A stretch of DNA of 64,000 nt. Source: Syncephalis fuscata S228. Lineage: Eukaryota; Fungi; Zoopagomycota. Where the stretch lies: the NCBI GenBank assembly GCA_025786725.1, contig JAHLTZ010000041.1, forward strand, positions 1 through 64,000. The letters run 5' to 3'. The position numbers and the translations under genes were made by a program. This document shows positions 1 to 12,500 of the stretch, piece after piece (the first letter of the stretch is position 1; every line of letters begins with the position of its first letter). The notes under the pieces are model-generated. The model was not told the origin of the DNA, did not search any database, and worked only from the letters and a program-made list of their open reading frames with translations.

Positions 1-3000
1 CAAGTTTCGGTAATACCAAAAGCTTAGGCCTAGCTTCATCTATAAATATACCAATTCATATTAACCTGTTTATTCCTGTATTTTTTAGAACATCACGTTT
101 TCACAACTACATTAATGATAAAAATTTTACTGTTGTATTTACAGCACTTCGCTTTGAATACTTACATTTGTTGGGTATTATTGAACGCTTTCAATAATAA
201 GATTAAGTCGGAATAAAATGTTGCAGGTTCTTCTATTTGCAACAATAAATATATTTTTAAATGTATAACAGATAATTAAAATGCTAAAAAGCCTAAGGAT
301 TGACTTGCTCGGTTAACAAAATGCCGGTGTGGCCTTACATAAATGAAAAGCACTAAACAGGCATGACAAGAATCAGTACCTTTTTAATCAGAGAATACTG
401 CACCAGAATTCTAATAATGTGGAAAATATCCTAATAAGGCAATAGGCATTACACCTTATTACATTGGTAAACGTGAATCTTTTTGTCTCAGCGTCCAAGG
501 CCATGATTGGAACGTTTATTCAAAGCAGTGATATTAAGCAAAAGAGCAGATACGACTAAAAAGTAAAACACTTATATACTAGGACAAATGTTGTGCATTT
601 TTGTCAAAAACATATCTTTACTGCTTAAGATAGCCATTGCTACTTTTTAACGACTCTATATCTTTTATGTTTTATGTTTTCTACTTTCTAATCTATTGGT
701 GAAAGAATAGCTACAATTTAATTACGCCAAAAATTGTTACCTGAATCTGACAATTTTTATACCACTTACCTTTTTATTCAATATGAAGAGCAGTTTTATT
801 TTGCTTGCAGCTATTGTTCTTGCTGCACAAAGCGTTGCTGCTCGCCCTAATGCTGCAAACGGCGACTGTGGATTTGCTACTTTGAACTGTGTCCGTAACA
901 CTAAAAATTGTGGTGTAACTGACCAATCTTTAAAAGTTAACGGCTCATGTGTTAATACTATCAAAATCTCTTTTATTCATAACTTTAAGTGCAATATTTT
1001 GCATCCTATTTGTTGTGGTATAAACAAATGTAAAGCAACAGAAACGGCTCAAATACCTCCACGTGTACCAACGCTACCTGTGCCAGCCCCATCAGCTCCA
1101 ACTGTTGGACCGGTAAAGCAGCCGACTCCAGTGACAACATCAACTCCAGTTCTACCTGTGCCGACCCCATCGACTCCAATTGTTACTCCTCCTGCAAATG
1201 AAAACTGTGGATCTGTTGTTTTGGGCTGTTTCCGTGACACTGTAAAATGTGGTACACTTGAACAGCCTTTAAAAGTTAACGGCGTATGCGTTGATACCAT
1301 CCAGGTTTCTGCCACTCATAAGCTTAAATGTGCTGCCTTGCATCCTATCTGTTGCGGTTTAAACAAATGTAAAGTAACAGAAATTTCTCGGACACCTCGA
1401 CGTGTGCCAACGCTACCTGTGCCAGCCCCATCAGTTCCAACTGTCGAACCAGTAAAGCAGCCGACTCCAGTAACAACAACAACTCCAGTTGTTACTTGTC
1501 CTTCTGCAAACGCAGACTGTGGATCTGTTGTTTTGGGCTGTTTCCGTGACACTGTAAAATGCGGTACACTTGAACAGCCTTTAAAAGTTAACGGCGTATG
1601 CGTTGATACCATCCAGGTTTCTGCCACTCATAAGCTTAAATGTGCTGCCTTGCATCCTATCTGTTGCGGTTTAAACAAATGTAAAGTAACAGAAATTTCT
1701 CGAACACCTCGACGTGTGCCAACGCTACCTGTGCCAGCCCCATCAGTTCCAACTGTCGAACCAGTAAAGCAGCCGACTCCAGTAACAACATCAACTCCAA
1801 TTGTTACTCCTCCTGCAAACGCAGACTGTGGATCTGTTGTTTTGGGCTGTTTCCGTGACACTGTAAAATGCGGTACACTTGAACAGCCTTTAAAAGTTAA
1901 CGGCGTATGCGTTGATACCATCCAGGTTTCTGCCACTCATAAGCTTAAATGTGCTGCCTTGCATCCTATCTGTTGCGGTTTAAACAAATGTAAAGTAACA
2001 GAAATTTCTCGAACACCTCGACGTGTGCCAACGCTACCTGTGCCAGCCCCATCAGTTCCAACTGTTGGACCGGTAAAGCAGCCGACTCCAGTGACAACAT
2101 CAACTCCAGTTCTACCTGTGCCGACCCCATCGACTCCAATTGTTACTCCTCCTGCAAATGAAAACTGTGGATCTGTTGTTTTGGGCTGTTTCCGTGACAC
2201 TGTAAAATGTGGTACACTTGAACAGCCTTTAAAAGTTAACGGCGTATGCGTTGATACCATCCAGGTCTCTGCCACTCATAAGCTTAAATGTGCTGCCTTG
2301 CATCCTATCTGTTGCGGTTTAAACAAATGTAAAGTAACAGAAATTTCTCGAACACCTCGACGTGTGCCAACGCTACCTGTGCCAGCCCCATCAGTTCCAA
2401 CTGTCGAACCAGTAAAGCAGCCGACTCCAGTAACAACATCAACTCCAATTGTTACTCCTCCTGCAAATGAAAACTGTGGATCTGTTGTTTTGGGCTGTTT
2501 CCGTGACACTGTAAAATGCGGTACACTTGAACAGCCTTTAAAAGTTAACGGCGTATGCGTTGATACCATCCAGGTTTCTGCCACTCATAAGCTTAAATGT
2601 GCTGCCTTGCATCCTATCTGTTGCGGTTTAAACAAATGTAAAGTAACAGAAATTTCTCGAACACCTCGACGTGTGCCAACGCTACCTGTGCCAGCCCCAT
2701 CAGTTCCAACTGTTGGACCGGTAAAGCAGCCGACTCCAGTGACAACATCAACTCCAGTTCTACCTGTGCCGACCCCATCGACTCCAATTGTTACTCCTCC
2801 TGCAAATGAAAACTGTGGATCTGTTGTTTTGGGCTGTTTCCGTGACACTGTAAAATGCGGTACACTTGAACAGCCTTTAAAAGTTAACGGCGTATGCGTT
2901 GATACCATCCAGGTCTCTGCCACTCATAAGCTTAAATGTGCTGCCTTGCATCCTATCTGTTGCGGTTTAAACAAATGTAAAGTAACAGAAATTTCTCGAA

Positions 3001-4280
3001 CACCTCGACGTGTGCCAACGCTACCTGTGCCAGCCCCATCAGCTCCAACTGTTGGACCGGTAAAGCAGCCGACTCCAGTGACAACATCAACTCCAGTTCT
3101 ACCTGTGCCGACCCCATCGACTCCAATTGTTACTCCTCCTGCAAATGAAAACTGTGGATCTGTTGTTTTGGGCTGTTTCCGTGACACTGTAAAATGCGGT
3201 ACACTTGAACAGCCTTTAAAAGTTAACGGCGTATGCGTTGATACCATCCAGGTCTCTGCCACTCATAAGCTTAAATGTGCTGCCTTGCATCCTATCTGTT
3301 GCGGTTTAAACAAATGTAAAGTAACAGAAATTTCTCGAACACCTCGACGTGTGCCAACGCTACCTGTGCCAGCCCCATCAGCTCCAACTGTCGAACCAGT
3401 AAAGCAGCCGACTCCAGTGACAACATCAACTCCAGTTTTACCTGTGCCAACTCCATCAACTCCAGTTGTTACTTGTCCTTCTGCAAACGCAGACTGTGGA
3501 TCTGTTGTTTTGGGCTGTTTCCGTAACACTGTAAAATGTGGTGTACTTGAGCAGCCTTTAAAAGTTAACGGCATATGCGTCGATGCTCTCCAGGTCAATG
3601 CCATCCATAATCTTGGATGTGCTGCCTTGCATCCTATCTGTTGCGGTTTAAACCGCTGTACAGCAACAGAAATTTCTCGAACACCCCCACGTGCATCAGT
3701 GTAAACATTGACCCCTGCTATTGCTACGCCGAAGCCATCAATCTAATGACTTCTAAACCATTATAAATGCCAAATTCAGTTATTTCTACATTTATAGCAT
3801 AATATTATATCACTCGTAGGCCGGTGATAATATGAATTTCAGTTATAATAAACTAATGTTATTATTAATTTGATCATTTCCAAGTCAATTCTAATTTTAT
3901 GTCAGTGATTTTATTTAGTTACATCAGCGTCAGCTTTTGTGTGCACGTTAGTACCGGTCCCTAAACTTGATGGCTATACTTACAATTCCTATTTGATAAA
4001 GCTCATACTTATAGTGTCGCTTATTAACTATACATGCAGTTTATATTATGCACTAAACCGTAATAAACATTTGTTTTATTGAACATGGGGATGGATGGTG
4101 AATGACATCAAGTTCAAAATACTCGTCATTATAGATTCATTATCTAGTATGCATATATTCATCATTTACCTATATAACCATTACAATATATAATTATTAT
4201 AAAGAAAATTGATACAATAAGTTATTTTTTATTAATTCAATAAAAAGCGACACTAGTTTACTGCATTCCCATATTTAGTA
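1..4280 (+). repeat. Segmental duplication unit, copy 1 (5' flank + Cys-rich gene + ~575 bp 3' flank); left end lies outside the window
   Basis: Flanks nearly identical to those in 31261-34946 and 36320-39901. Confidence 0.9.
783..3704 (+). CDS. Secreted Cys-rich repeat protein, paralog 1 (9 copies of an 8-Cys domain with Pro/Thr/Val linkers)
   Basis: Intronless 973-aa ORF; signal-peptide-like N-terminus MKSSFILLAAIVLAAQSVAA; repeated C-x6-C-x6-C-x12-C-x13-C-x6-CC-x4-C domain; DNA repeat units of 309-342 bp. Confidence 0.9.
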   Translation: MKSSFILLAAIVLAAQSVAARPNAANGDCGFATLNCVRNTKNCGVTDQSLKVNGSCVNTIKISFIHNFKCNILHPICCGINKCKATETAQIPPRVPTLPVPAPSAPTVGPVKQPTPVTTSTPVLPVPTPSTPIVTPPANENCGSVVLGCFRDTVKCGTLEQPLKVNGVCVDTIQVSATHKLKCAALHPICCGLNKCKVTEISRTPRRVPTLPVPAPSVPTVEPVKQPTPVTTTTPVVTCPSANADCGSVVLGCFRDTVKCGTLEQPLKVNGVCVDTIQVSATHKLKCAALHPICCGLNKCKVTEISRTPRRVPTLPVPAPSVPTVEPVKQPTPVTTSTPIVTPPANADCGSVVLGCFRDTVKCGTLEQPLKVNGVCVDTIQVSATHKLKCAALHPICCGLNKCKVTEISRTPRRVPTLPVPAPSVPTVGPVKQPTPVTTSTPVLPVPTPSTPIVTPPANENCGSVVLGCFRDTVKCGTLEQPLKVNGVCVDTIQVSATHKLKCAALHPICCGLNKCKVTEISRTPRRVPTLPVPAPSVPTVEPVKQPTPVTTSTPIVTPPANENCGSVVLGCFRDTVKCGTLEQPLKVNGVCVDTIQVSATHKLKCAALHPICCGLNKCKVTEISRTPRRVPTLPVPAPSVPTVGPVKQPTPVTTSTPVLPVPTPSTPIVTPPANENCGSVVLGCFRDTVKCGTLEQPLKVNGVCVDTIQVSATHKLKCAALHPICCGLNKCKVTEISRTPRRVPTLPVPAPSAPTVGPVKQPTPVTTSTPVLPVPTPSTPIVTPPANENCGSVVLGCFRDTVKCGTLEQPLKVNGVCVDTIQVSATHKLKCAALHPICCGLNKCKVTEISRTPRRVPTLPVPAPSAPTVEPVKQPTPVTTSTPVLPVPTPSTPVVTCPSANADCGSVVLGCFRNTVKCGVLEQPLKVNGICVDALQVNAIHNLGCAALHPICCGLNRCTATEISRTPPRASV

Positions 4281-5312
4281 GGGGAATTTAGGAAAATACA
4301 CCATTTTTAAATTTTATCATAATAAATTTCTTTTTTTAAATTTACTAAATTTATTTATTAATTAATCATTTTTTGTTTGCCCCACACTTCGTTTTTTGTA
4401 ATGAGGTTTATCACAGACTAAACATTGTTTAATGGAACGCTTTATTTTTTAATAGCTGTTTCATTACTAGTTTGTATTTGTTCAATAATAAACGTTTATT
4501 ACAACAGCAACTACTGTTTCAATACTATTAGTGCTATTTTACACAGCATATTTTTGTATTGTGTTTTTTAAATGTATTTACCACAGGTATATTGTGAAAG
4601 GCTTTTAACAAATAAATACGATTGGCATTGCTGATAATATTGCTACAATCAACTAAATTACATACATAAGCAAAGGTTTAAATTAAAATTGTTGCATTTA
4701 TTGTGATTAAACTTTTCCCATCAGGCAATTTTTAGCTTTGTAACATTTATTATTCAATAGTATTGTAAATACATAATACTGTTACTCAATAATAATAATA
4801 AAAATACCTTTTATAATTCAGTTCATTTTAATTTATTATCAAGGTTTATACAGTTACAACTTTTGTTATAAACATGCTAATTTGAGCTATTGTTATAAGT
4901 TAGTCATTCAATACTAATAATGGGTTTTATTAAATTGATATTAAACATCTGACTAAGCTACTATTTCTATTTATTTCAACTTTAGCTGTTTGTTCAAAGC
5001 TACATCGTTTATTACTAGTGTTGTAACAATGTCATTTTTATCGAATTAAAACAAATCAAGCTTTGTAATAAGAAATAATAGCATCTGTTAAGCTGTTACA
5101 ATTGCTAGTGTATATTGAATAATCAAATATGTACTTAATGCTTTAGTTGTACATTTTTTGGTTTTATATTTGAGAATGTAGCAACATTATATGTAATAGA
5201 TTTAGTAATAGAATTTTTAATAAAAGGATTTAATAATTTAATAAGAAGGGGAAAATTTAAAAAATTAAAAACAGTGCATTTTTCAAAAAATTTCAATTTA
5301 TTACCGCATTCC
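4281..5312 (-). mobile_element. Truncated copy of the degenerate Mutator-like element
   Basis: 4281-~5212 nearly identical to 34947-~35882; then diverges into a different TIR-like end (aaattaaaaacagtgcatttttc). Right boundary approximate. Confidence 0.6.
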
Positions 5313-5783
5313 TACTTGACTGTCTATATATAATTTCTGTAGCATGCCAAATAATAATCATTTCATAAGTACTTATCAAAGTGCTTATTGCTAGGTAACT
5401 GCTTGGGCCTTTAAGTCAAATATCATATGTTTATTCACTAATTTAAATCCATAGTATTCAATTAAAATGCTATACTCTTCAACAGTTTAATAATTCAATT
5501 CATTTAATACGCTATTTCAATTGAAGATTATAAAACATAAGCAATAATACTATCATTTTATTAGTTCGATAACTGATTATACTTGACAGTACTAAATATA
5601 AAGCAGAATGTTAAGGTTTTAAAAGGTAAAATATTTGCACTATTGTTGTGTTATTACTGAAAGTATTGTTATACAAAATAGATTGCAAATAATCTATAAT
5701 TCAATTTATTAATTAAATTAGCTAAAACATTACATTTGGTTTTTTTACTAATGGAGGCAGTCATATAATATCAACATAATTCT

Positions 5784-6854
5784 CTAAACGCGATGCACAA
5801 GTCCTAAACCAATAAGCCTTTCAGCTTCTTGACGAGAAATGTAACACTGGGTTCCAGGCTCTAGACGTAGTGCGCCGCCACCTTCCGTCTGTACTAGTCC
5901 ACCCTGACGAATGGCTCGCACCTGTACGTATAACTCTTTAGGCGGTTTTAACTCGTCCAATAAGCCGATATTCGCATACTGAGCGGCATGTCGACGTAGC
6001 AACCGGCCATAGTCACGTCGAAATACCTCTTCACCACCATCTAAACGAGTATCATCAACACCACCGCTACTATTGCCGATATGTGACGTAGATCTTGTGG
6101 CTATATCGGCATTCTCCGTAGTATTTGAAATAGGAATACGACCACCACGCCGCCAAGCATCCAATCGAATTATATATAGCCGATGGTGGAGATATGTCAT
6201 TAAACAGCGTTTATTACGCTTCAATGCCAAATGCTCCATTGTCATCTTTAGATATTGCCACGGTTCAAGCGGTCTTGGGTGCGACACAGCTGAACGCTCC
6301 ACCGATTGATGTGCCTTATTAACACCACTTGCTTCTAGACTACTGCCGCGCTCATCAATAGTAGATGATGTCCACTCGGTATTTGGATAATTCATGTTAT
6401 CTTGTGGCGTTGTCGCAACAAACGATGCAGAACTTGCAAGTCCTTCCATTTCTGTTTGCGTATTATACGAATAAGACGCATAGCTTGGTTGACTTTCGTC
6501 ATTGCTATTCACAGTGTGAGTTGAATACTCTGCTAGCGTGGAATTAGACGCTTGCTCACTAGCTATAGCTGTATTATCTTCGCTGAATGTATTTGGAAAT
6601 GACATAGAGCTTGCAGCTGGCTGTGCGTTATTATTATTATCGTTGTTGTTGTTGTTAAACGAATTAGTCGCCATTTTATCAGTGGTCGACGCGTAATTGG
6701 CGGTCAATTTCTCCAAGTGCTCTTGTATATTGTCTGAAAGGTGGCGTAATTCTCGACAGACTGCTTGCACCATTTCGCGATTAAAAGGTGGCAAACGATC
6801 TACTGTCGTCCGCTTAGCCTCCAATACCAACTTTTGTGCATTCTCACAGTACAT
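5784..6854 (-). CDS. PSF1: GINS complex subunit Psf1 with a long low-complexity insertion
   Basis: MYCENAQKLVLEAKR...LPPFN, LALKRNKRCLMTYLHHRL, PPKELYVQVRAIR and EAERLI motifs typical of Psf1; start placed at ATG 6854 rather than the ORF-track 6932. Confidence 0.85.
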   Translation of the reverse strand: MYCENAQKLVLEAKRTTVDRLPPFNREMVQAVCRELRHLSDNIQEHLEKLTANYASTTDKMATNSFNNNNNDNNNNAQPAASSMSFPNTFSEDNTAIASEQASNSTLAEYSTHTVNSNDESQPSYASYSYNTQTEMEGLASSASFVATTPQDNMNYPNTEWTSSTIDERGSSLEASGVNKAHQSVERSAVSHPRPLEPWQYLKMTMEHLALKRNKRCLMTYLHHRLYIIRLDAWRRGGRIPISNTTENADIATRSTSHIGNSSGGVDDTRLDGGEEVFRRDYGRLLRRHAAQYANIGLLDELKPPKELYVQVRAIRQGGLVQTEGGGALRLEPGTQCYISRQEAERLIGLGLVHRV

Positions 6855-7759
6855 GATGGCGTATATATAAAAAAGTAAGAACGTTATACGTAAAAAAAAG
6901 AAAAAGCTCAGAAACGTGCAAATAAAATGCACGAGTAACTGTTAGTTTGCAAATATTGTTTTACGCATATTCGTTGATCTACAAATACATCGTCTGTACT
7001 CATAAATAAGTAGTTAAAAAGTGGCACGTTTTATTATTTATTTATTTATATCGTTAAATTAAATAGATTATCAATAGCAGATGGAAATGATAATTAAATT
7101 AAAAGTAATTATTACAAAAAAACTTACCTAAGCTATAATAAGCATTGACTTATTTACTTACCTTCTACTATATAAAAGAATAATGATAATTTGTGCTGGA
7201 TTAGATTGATACTAAATTTAACTAAATTCAATGACCTTTTTAAAATTAATTGAATGTAGACATGTATAAAGGACAGTGGTGACAACGGCCATTACATCGC
7301 AACTGCTGCTTGTCTGGCTATAGATCAATTTCAACGAATGGACTAGGCTGAAAAGCAGTCGATAATAAACGTTGATAGGCAGCGATATGCGAATGCGCAC
7401 GATTTGTGTAGAGCTGAACATAGTGTGTGGTGTGGTGGTATTTATTTGTTGAATGGTGAACGGCGGCCAATATATAGCTGCATATGTATAATTGTTAATC
7501 ATAGATAAACAATACGACTACTACTACTACGACGACGACGACGACAACGATGACAATAATACTATATTGGTAGTCGCTACTACCAATTGACTATAAATGA
7601 AAACATGGTAATTTGGTGAAATGGTGGTAATCGTTGTTAATAATACTGCTACTACTACGGCTGCTGCTACTGTTGTTACTGTTGCTGGCAAAACGAAAAT
7701 GACAAACGATCGAAAAGTTGCGCGTCAACATTGTTTTCAATGAGTAATTGCAAAAAATT

Positions 7760-9088
7760 TTAGCGGCGTTCATAGCGTTCACGACGATCATAGCCACCAC
7801 GGTTATAATCGCGATTGCCGTCGCGCTCAAAGTCACGATTGCCACGATCGTGTTCACGGCCACCGGCATGGCGGTCAAAGCCACGGTCGGCACGCTCATA
7901 GCCGCCACGCTCATAGCCGCCACGATTGAAGTCACGAGCACCGCGATCGTAGTCACGACCACCACGGTCATAGTCGCGGGCGCCACGGTCATAGTCACGG
8001 CCTCCGTTGCGGTCATGATCGCGACCACCACGATCGTAGTCACGGCCTCCGCGATCATGGTCACGTCCATAATTACCGCGGCCACCGCGACCACCTCGAT
8101 CGAAATCGCGACCACCTCGGTCATATCCACCACGGCCCATGCCACGTTCGCGTCCACCGCCTTATTAAAGCATAGAGATAGCATTAGCATTTAACTTGTA
8201 TTAGCGCATACAAGCACAGTGGATGCCAAATGCCAAATAGCTATTATAGCCAAATTGCTTACCGCTTTTAGGGCCACCTTGATATTGGCCGGGTGTTGGT
8301 GTACGTGGACGACTGCGTTTTGCCTAATAGTAAATATATGTATAAGTTGCACTGTATTTACACTTGATTTATACTATTTAACGCTAATTACTGACCGTTT
8401 CAACATTGATTGCACGGTTATACAGCATAAAGCCAGTTAATTCTCGTTTACAGTCATCGGCCTGTTCGGTCGTTTCCATTGTGACGAATGCAAACCCGCG
8501 ATGTTCGTGTGTATGCGGGTCACGCATTACTTGGCATTTAACAATCTAAATAATATATATATTAGACGCTGCTATTCATTATAGAGCATTTATTCTTTAC
8601 CTTGCCATACTTGGTGAATGCATCCTCCAACTCTCTCTCTGTAACGTGGGATGAAAGGCCAGAAACAAATAGATTGTTACCAGGATTTTCAGGAAACACA
8701 GCCTGTGATTCTTCACGGCTAATTAAGCAACAATATCAGTATGCATATAGCTAGATTATTTATAGGATTACTCATTCCTTACTTACCGCTGATCAAAAGG
8801 CGATCGTTCCCGATAACGACGAGCGCCAGGAGATCTTGAACGTTCACGTCTATAGTCACGGCCAGAGTTCTGTGGTGGTGGCTGGAGAGGAGAGCGAGAG
8901 CGAGAATGGCCACGCACTGGTGCTGGTGAGCCCGAGCGAGAGCGAGATTGGTTTGGATAGCCGCCATTGCCACTGTTTTCACGATCGTTGATATCGCCAT
9001 GCGCTGCATCTGGATTCGGCTCTCCCCAGGCATCCTGGCGCATCTCGACATCTTCTGCGCTGTCAAACTCGTCGCGGTGACGATCCAT
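7760..9088 (-). CDS. SR-like RRM splicing factor, Tra2/SR45a-like (multi-exon)
   Basis: RS-rich N-terminus; RRM with NNLFVSGL and HRGFAFVTM; AKRSRPRTPTPGQY motif; C-terminal RGGRDYD repeats. Confidence 0.8.
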
Positions 9089-9550
9089 AGCGATTGTATG
9101 CTCAGTATTTGCCAACCTATCTACTATGTAAAGTAGTGTCAAACGCTCACGATCAAATAGATAATTGATCGAATAAACAAACTAATCAGACTAGTAGTAT
9201 AGCAAAATGTCTTAATGACAAGCAATAGCAGCGCTAAAAAACTAGAGAAAAGAGATGAAAGCGTATGGTTCAGTTTACACTGTGTGCAGATGGGTGTATG
9301 CGTGTAGGCGCTGTATGGGCGGGCATGTTCGTTCGTTCGTTTAAAACAAGGGCCTCACCCTGGTAAGTATGTATTAGCCAATAACTATACGGTATTTCTC
9401 CACTTTGAAATGTAAACAAGATTGACGTGGCCTTTTATTGATTAAATTATAATCAACACTACATCTTTCCTCTATTCTCGACCAATTCAACTGACTGTCA
9501 TCTTTTTATTCGTTATTTCTGTCAACTGGTGCAGATAGACACGTCTTATA

Positions 9551-12500
9551 ATGAAAAGAACGCGTTCTACGCTTTCTAGGGACGTTGTATCCCAGCCGTT
9601 GGCGGACCTGAGAAAGAAGACGCGTAATATTCTCGGTTCTTCAGGTTCTGCCCACATCGACGCGGAAAATGTATCCGCTTATTGTTCTAGGCCTATTAGT
9701 AAGCCTATTCAACTATCTAGCGCTACGGATGCGCGTGTAAGTAATATATTCGCTATAAACAATGTAACAGTACTTGATGATTAACATGTATAAATATATA
9801 GCCTAAACTGAATCTACGTTCGATGAATCGATTAGCCGAAACAACCAATATACTTGGTTCTTCTGAAACGCCACGTACTAATCGTACAGAGAAGCGTAAA
9901 GCAACCGATCGACCAGGTCTATCACTTGCGTCAAAACGTGCCAAATCCACGCTTCCTCCAGGCCATGTAATGCCTCGTAAACCAGCTGATATTTACGGCG
10001 ATCAATGGATGGACAAGCAGGAACGGTCCTTTTTGAACTGGATTAATTACGAGTTTGAACAAGCATCGGTTACCAAGAACTTTATTGATAATGCATCTAG
10101 ACAAGGATCATTGCAACATTTTACAGTTTATATGGAATTCGAACGTATTTGTAATGTAGCCCGTGTATTCTTTAATAGCAAGCCATTACAAACAATTATT
10201 AATAAAGTAGATCAGGTAAGTAGTTTATTAATTAATATCAAGCTATATTTACATTTACATTACATTTATATTAGGCCATTGACAAAAAGAATCTAACAGT
10301 TCAAACCGATAGCGATCTATGCATGGATATTACTAAGCGTCAGCAATTAACAGCCACGCTCACTTCATTCGATGCACGTTGGCTTATACTGGCTTTAAGT
10401 GTATTGACACCGCCATCAACAATAACCAGTTCTACTATTCAAAAAAACAGTTTAGATTCGTTAATTGAAAAGGTAAAATAATAACATTAAATTACTATTA
10501 ACTGTACTAACGCTTACGTAGCATATAATGGGCCATTCACGACGTGGTAATACGTGGGATAGTAATTTACTATTTGAACGTAACAAGAATACAACTAAAC
10601 GTATTTTTGCCATGGTTCTTTTCCTTGATCATGCCAAAGCAGCCAATCTAGTACCGAATCAACCGTGTTTGTTTGCAAAGGTAAATATATACTATTCTAA
10701 TATATGATATTTGTTTATTTATGCAAGTTAACTATAATTGCTCTAGAATTCAGTATTTAAATCAAGTCAATCCATTCTACAAGAAATTGGACGCCAATGT
10801 TTAGTCGGTGAAGGCGATACCATTCGGCATCTTTCGTATATTGGTTACACGGTTAATTGTGCGCAATCCTCTATGGACGAGTACAACTATCGAGTAGATA
10901 ATCTTGCCGTTGATTTACGAGATGGTATTCGTATTGCGCGTTTAATTGAACTGCATTCACTTAATTCTTTTCGTTTTACTGTAAGTAACAATAATAACAT
11001 TACAAATAACAATATTTATATATTTATATATTGAATGAATATAGTCACTAAAGGTGCCAGCCAATGAACGAGCAGATAGAATACGTAATTTAGAGTTATG
11101 TTTCAAGCATCTATCTAAAGAAGGCCTAAAATTAACAAGTTTCCGTGATGGACGTATTAAACCAGAAGATGTTGTTGATGGACATCGTAAAAATACACTT
11201 GAAATGTTATGGCGTCTTATTCTCCACTGGAAAGTGGGTGGATTGGTAAATCAGGAAGAATTACGTACAGAGACTAGACAATTAGTTTGTGATTATGTTC
11301 GTCAATTCCGGGCCCGTCCAGCTTTTGACGCTGAGGTAATTAGTCTTCAATAGCTATTAGATTAACATTAATACTTGTAATTAGAATTGTGTTTATTTGT
11401 CCTCAAATACTTTATCACTACTACTAAAATGGTGTCAGGCTGTCGGTGCCTTTTACAACATTAGAGTATCAAACTTTACAACCAGCTTTGCTGATGGCAG
11501 TATGTTCTGTTATCTTATTGGTCATTATCATCCAACTCTACTTGGAAAGCGATCTATTCTATTTGCTGCAGATGAAAAGATTAAAGATGTAAGTAAATAT
11601 CCATACTATACTTGCAATTAGTATAATTAATACTGCTATATATTAGGACAAAGAGACATTTGCTCGATTGGACAGTATACCAAGTAATAGTAACAATTTT
11701 ACTATTTCATTCAGTCCATTGCGTTCAAATCGCCAATTAATGCCTCTTCAACGAGCGGGCATTCATAACTATCGACTATTAGAAGAAATGACCCGTCAAA
11801 TTGGTGGTATTCCATTGATGTGTAAGTATATTGATTATAGTAATTATCTATGGACTAATTTGCTATATAGTTAATGATCGGGATTTTACACAGACATCTA
11901 TTCCAGATGAGAAAGTAGTTATTACTTATGTATCCTATTTATGTTCTCGTTTACTTGTACTTAGTGCTGAACGTAGAGTAAGTAGTGTATTTACGATGGA
12001 GACTATAGTGTGTGTATTTACAACTATTGGCATATAGGCGGCCATAACAATCCAGCGATTCTGGCGACGATATGGTGGCGATCGTTACACGCCGGAACAT
12101 CATAAAGCGGCGATTGCTATACAGAAAGCTGTACGTCAATACTTGGAACGACGTCGTCAAGAACGGCATCGTATTGCTTGTATTACACGAGTTCAATCTA
12201 TCTGGCGTGGTCGGTGTGCTCGTCGGCGTGTACAGCTAATTCAAAATGCTATAACAACGCTACAGTTCTATGCGCGTAGCTATCTAGCGCGTCAAAATAT
12301 ACGTCAAGAACAAGCGGCTATTCTATTACAGAAATGTATGCGTGGCTATTTAGCACGACAAGCATACAAACAACAGAGTCAGCGTATAGTAAAATTGCAA
12401 ACAATGATACGTGGCTATTTAGCACGTCGAGCATGTCAACAAAAACGCAAACAAATACGTGCAGCCACTCGAATTCAAGCTGCCTATCGTCGTTATCGAT

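Noticed and set aside
1080-3700. Regular repeats resembling a CRISPR array
   Set aside because: In-frame coding repeats of 300+ bp with no unique spacers and no cas genes, in a eukaryotic context
783-3704. Hydrophobin or CFEM assignment for the 8-Cys domain
   Set aside because: Only one CC pair and no CxC; spacing fits neither family
7591-8194. Hydrophobic ORFs 7748-8194 (+) and 7591-8190 (-)
   Set aside because: Alternate frames of the RGGRDYD repeat exon of the RRM gene
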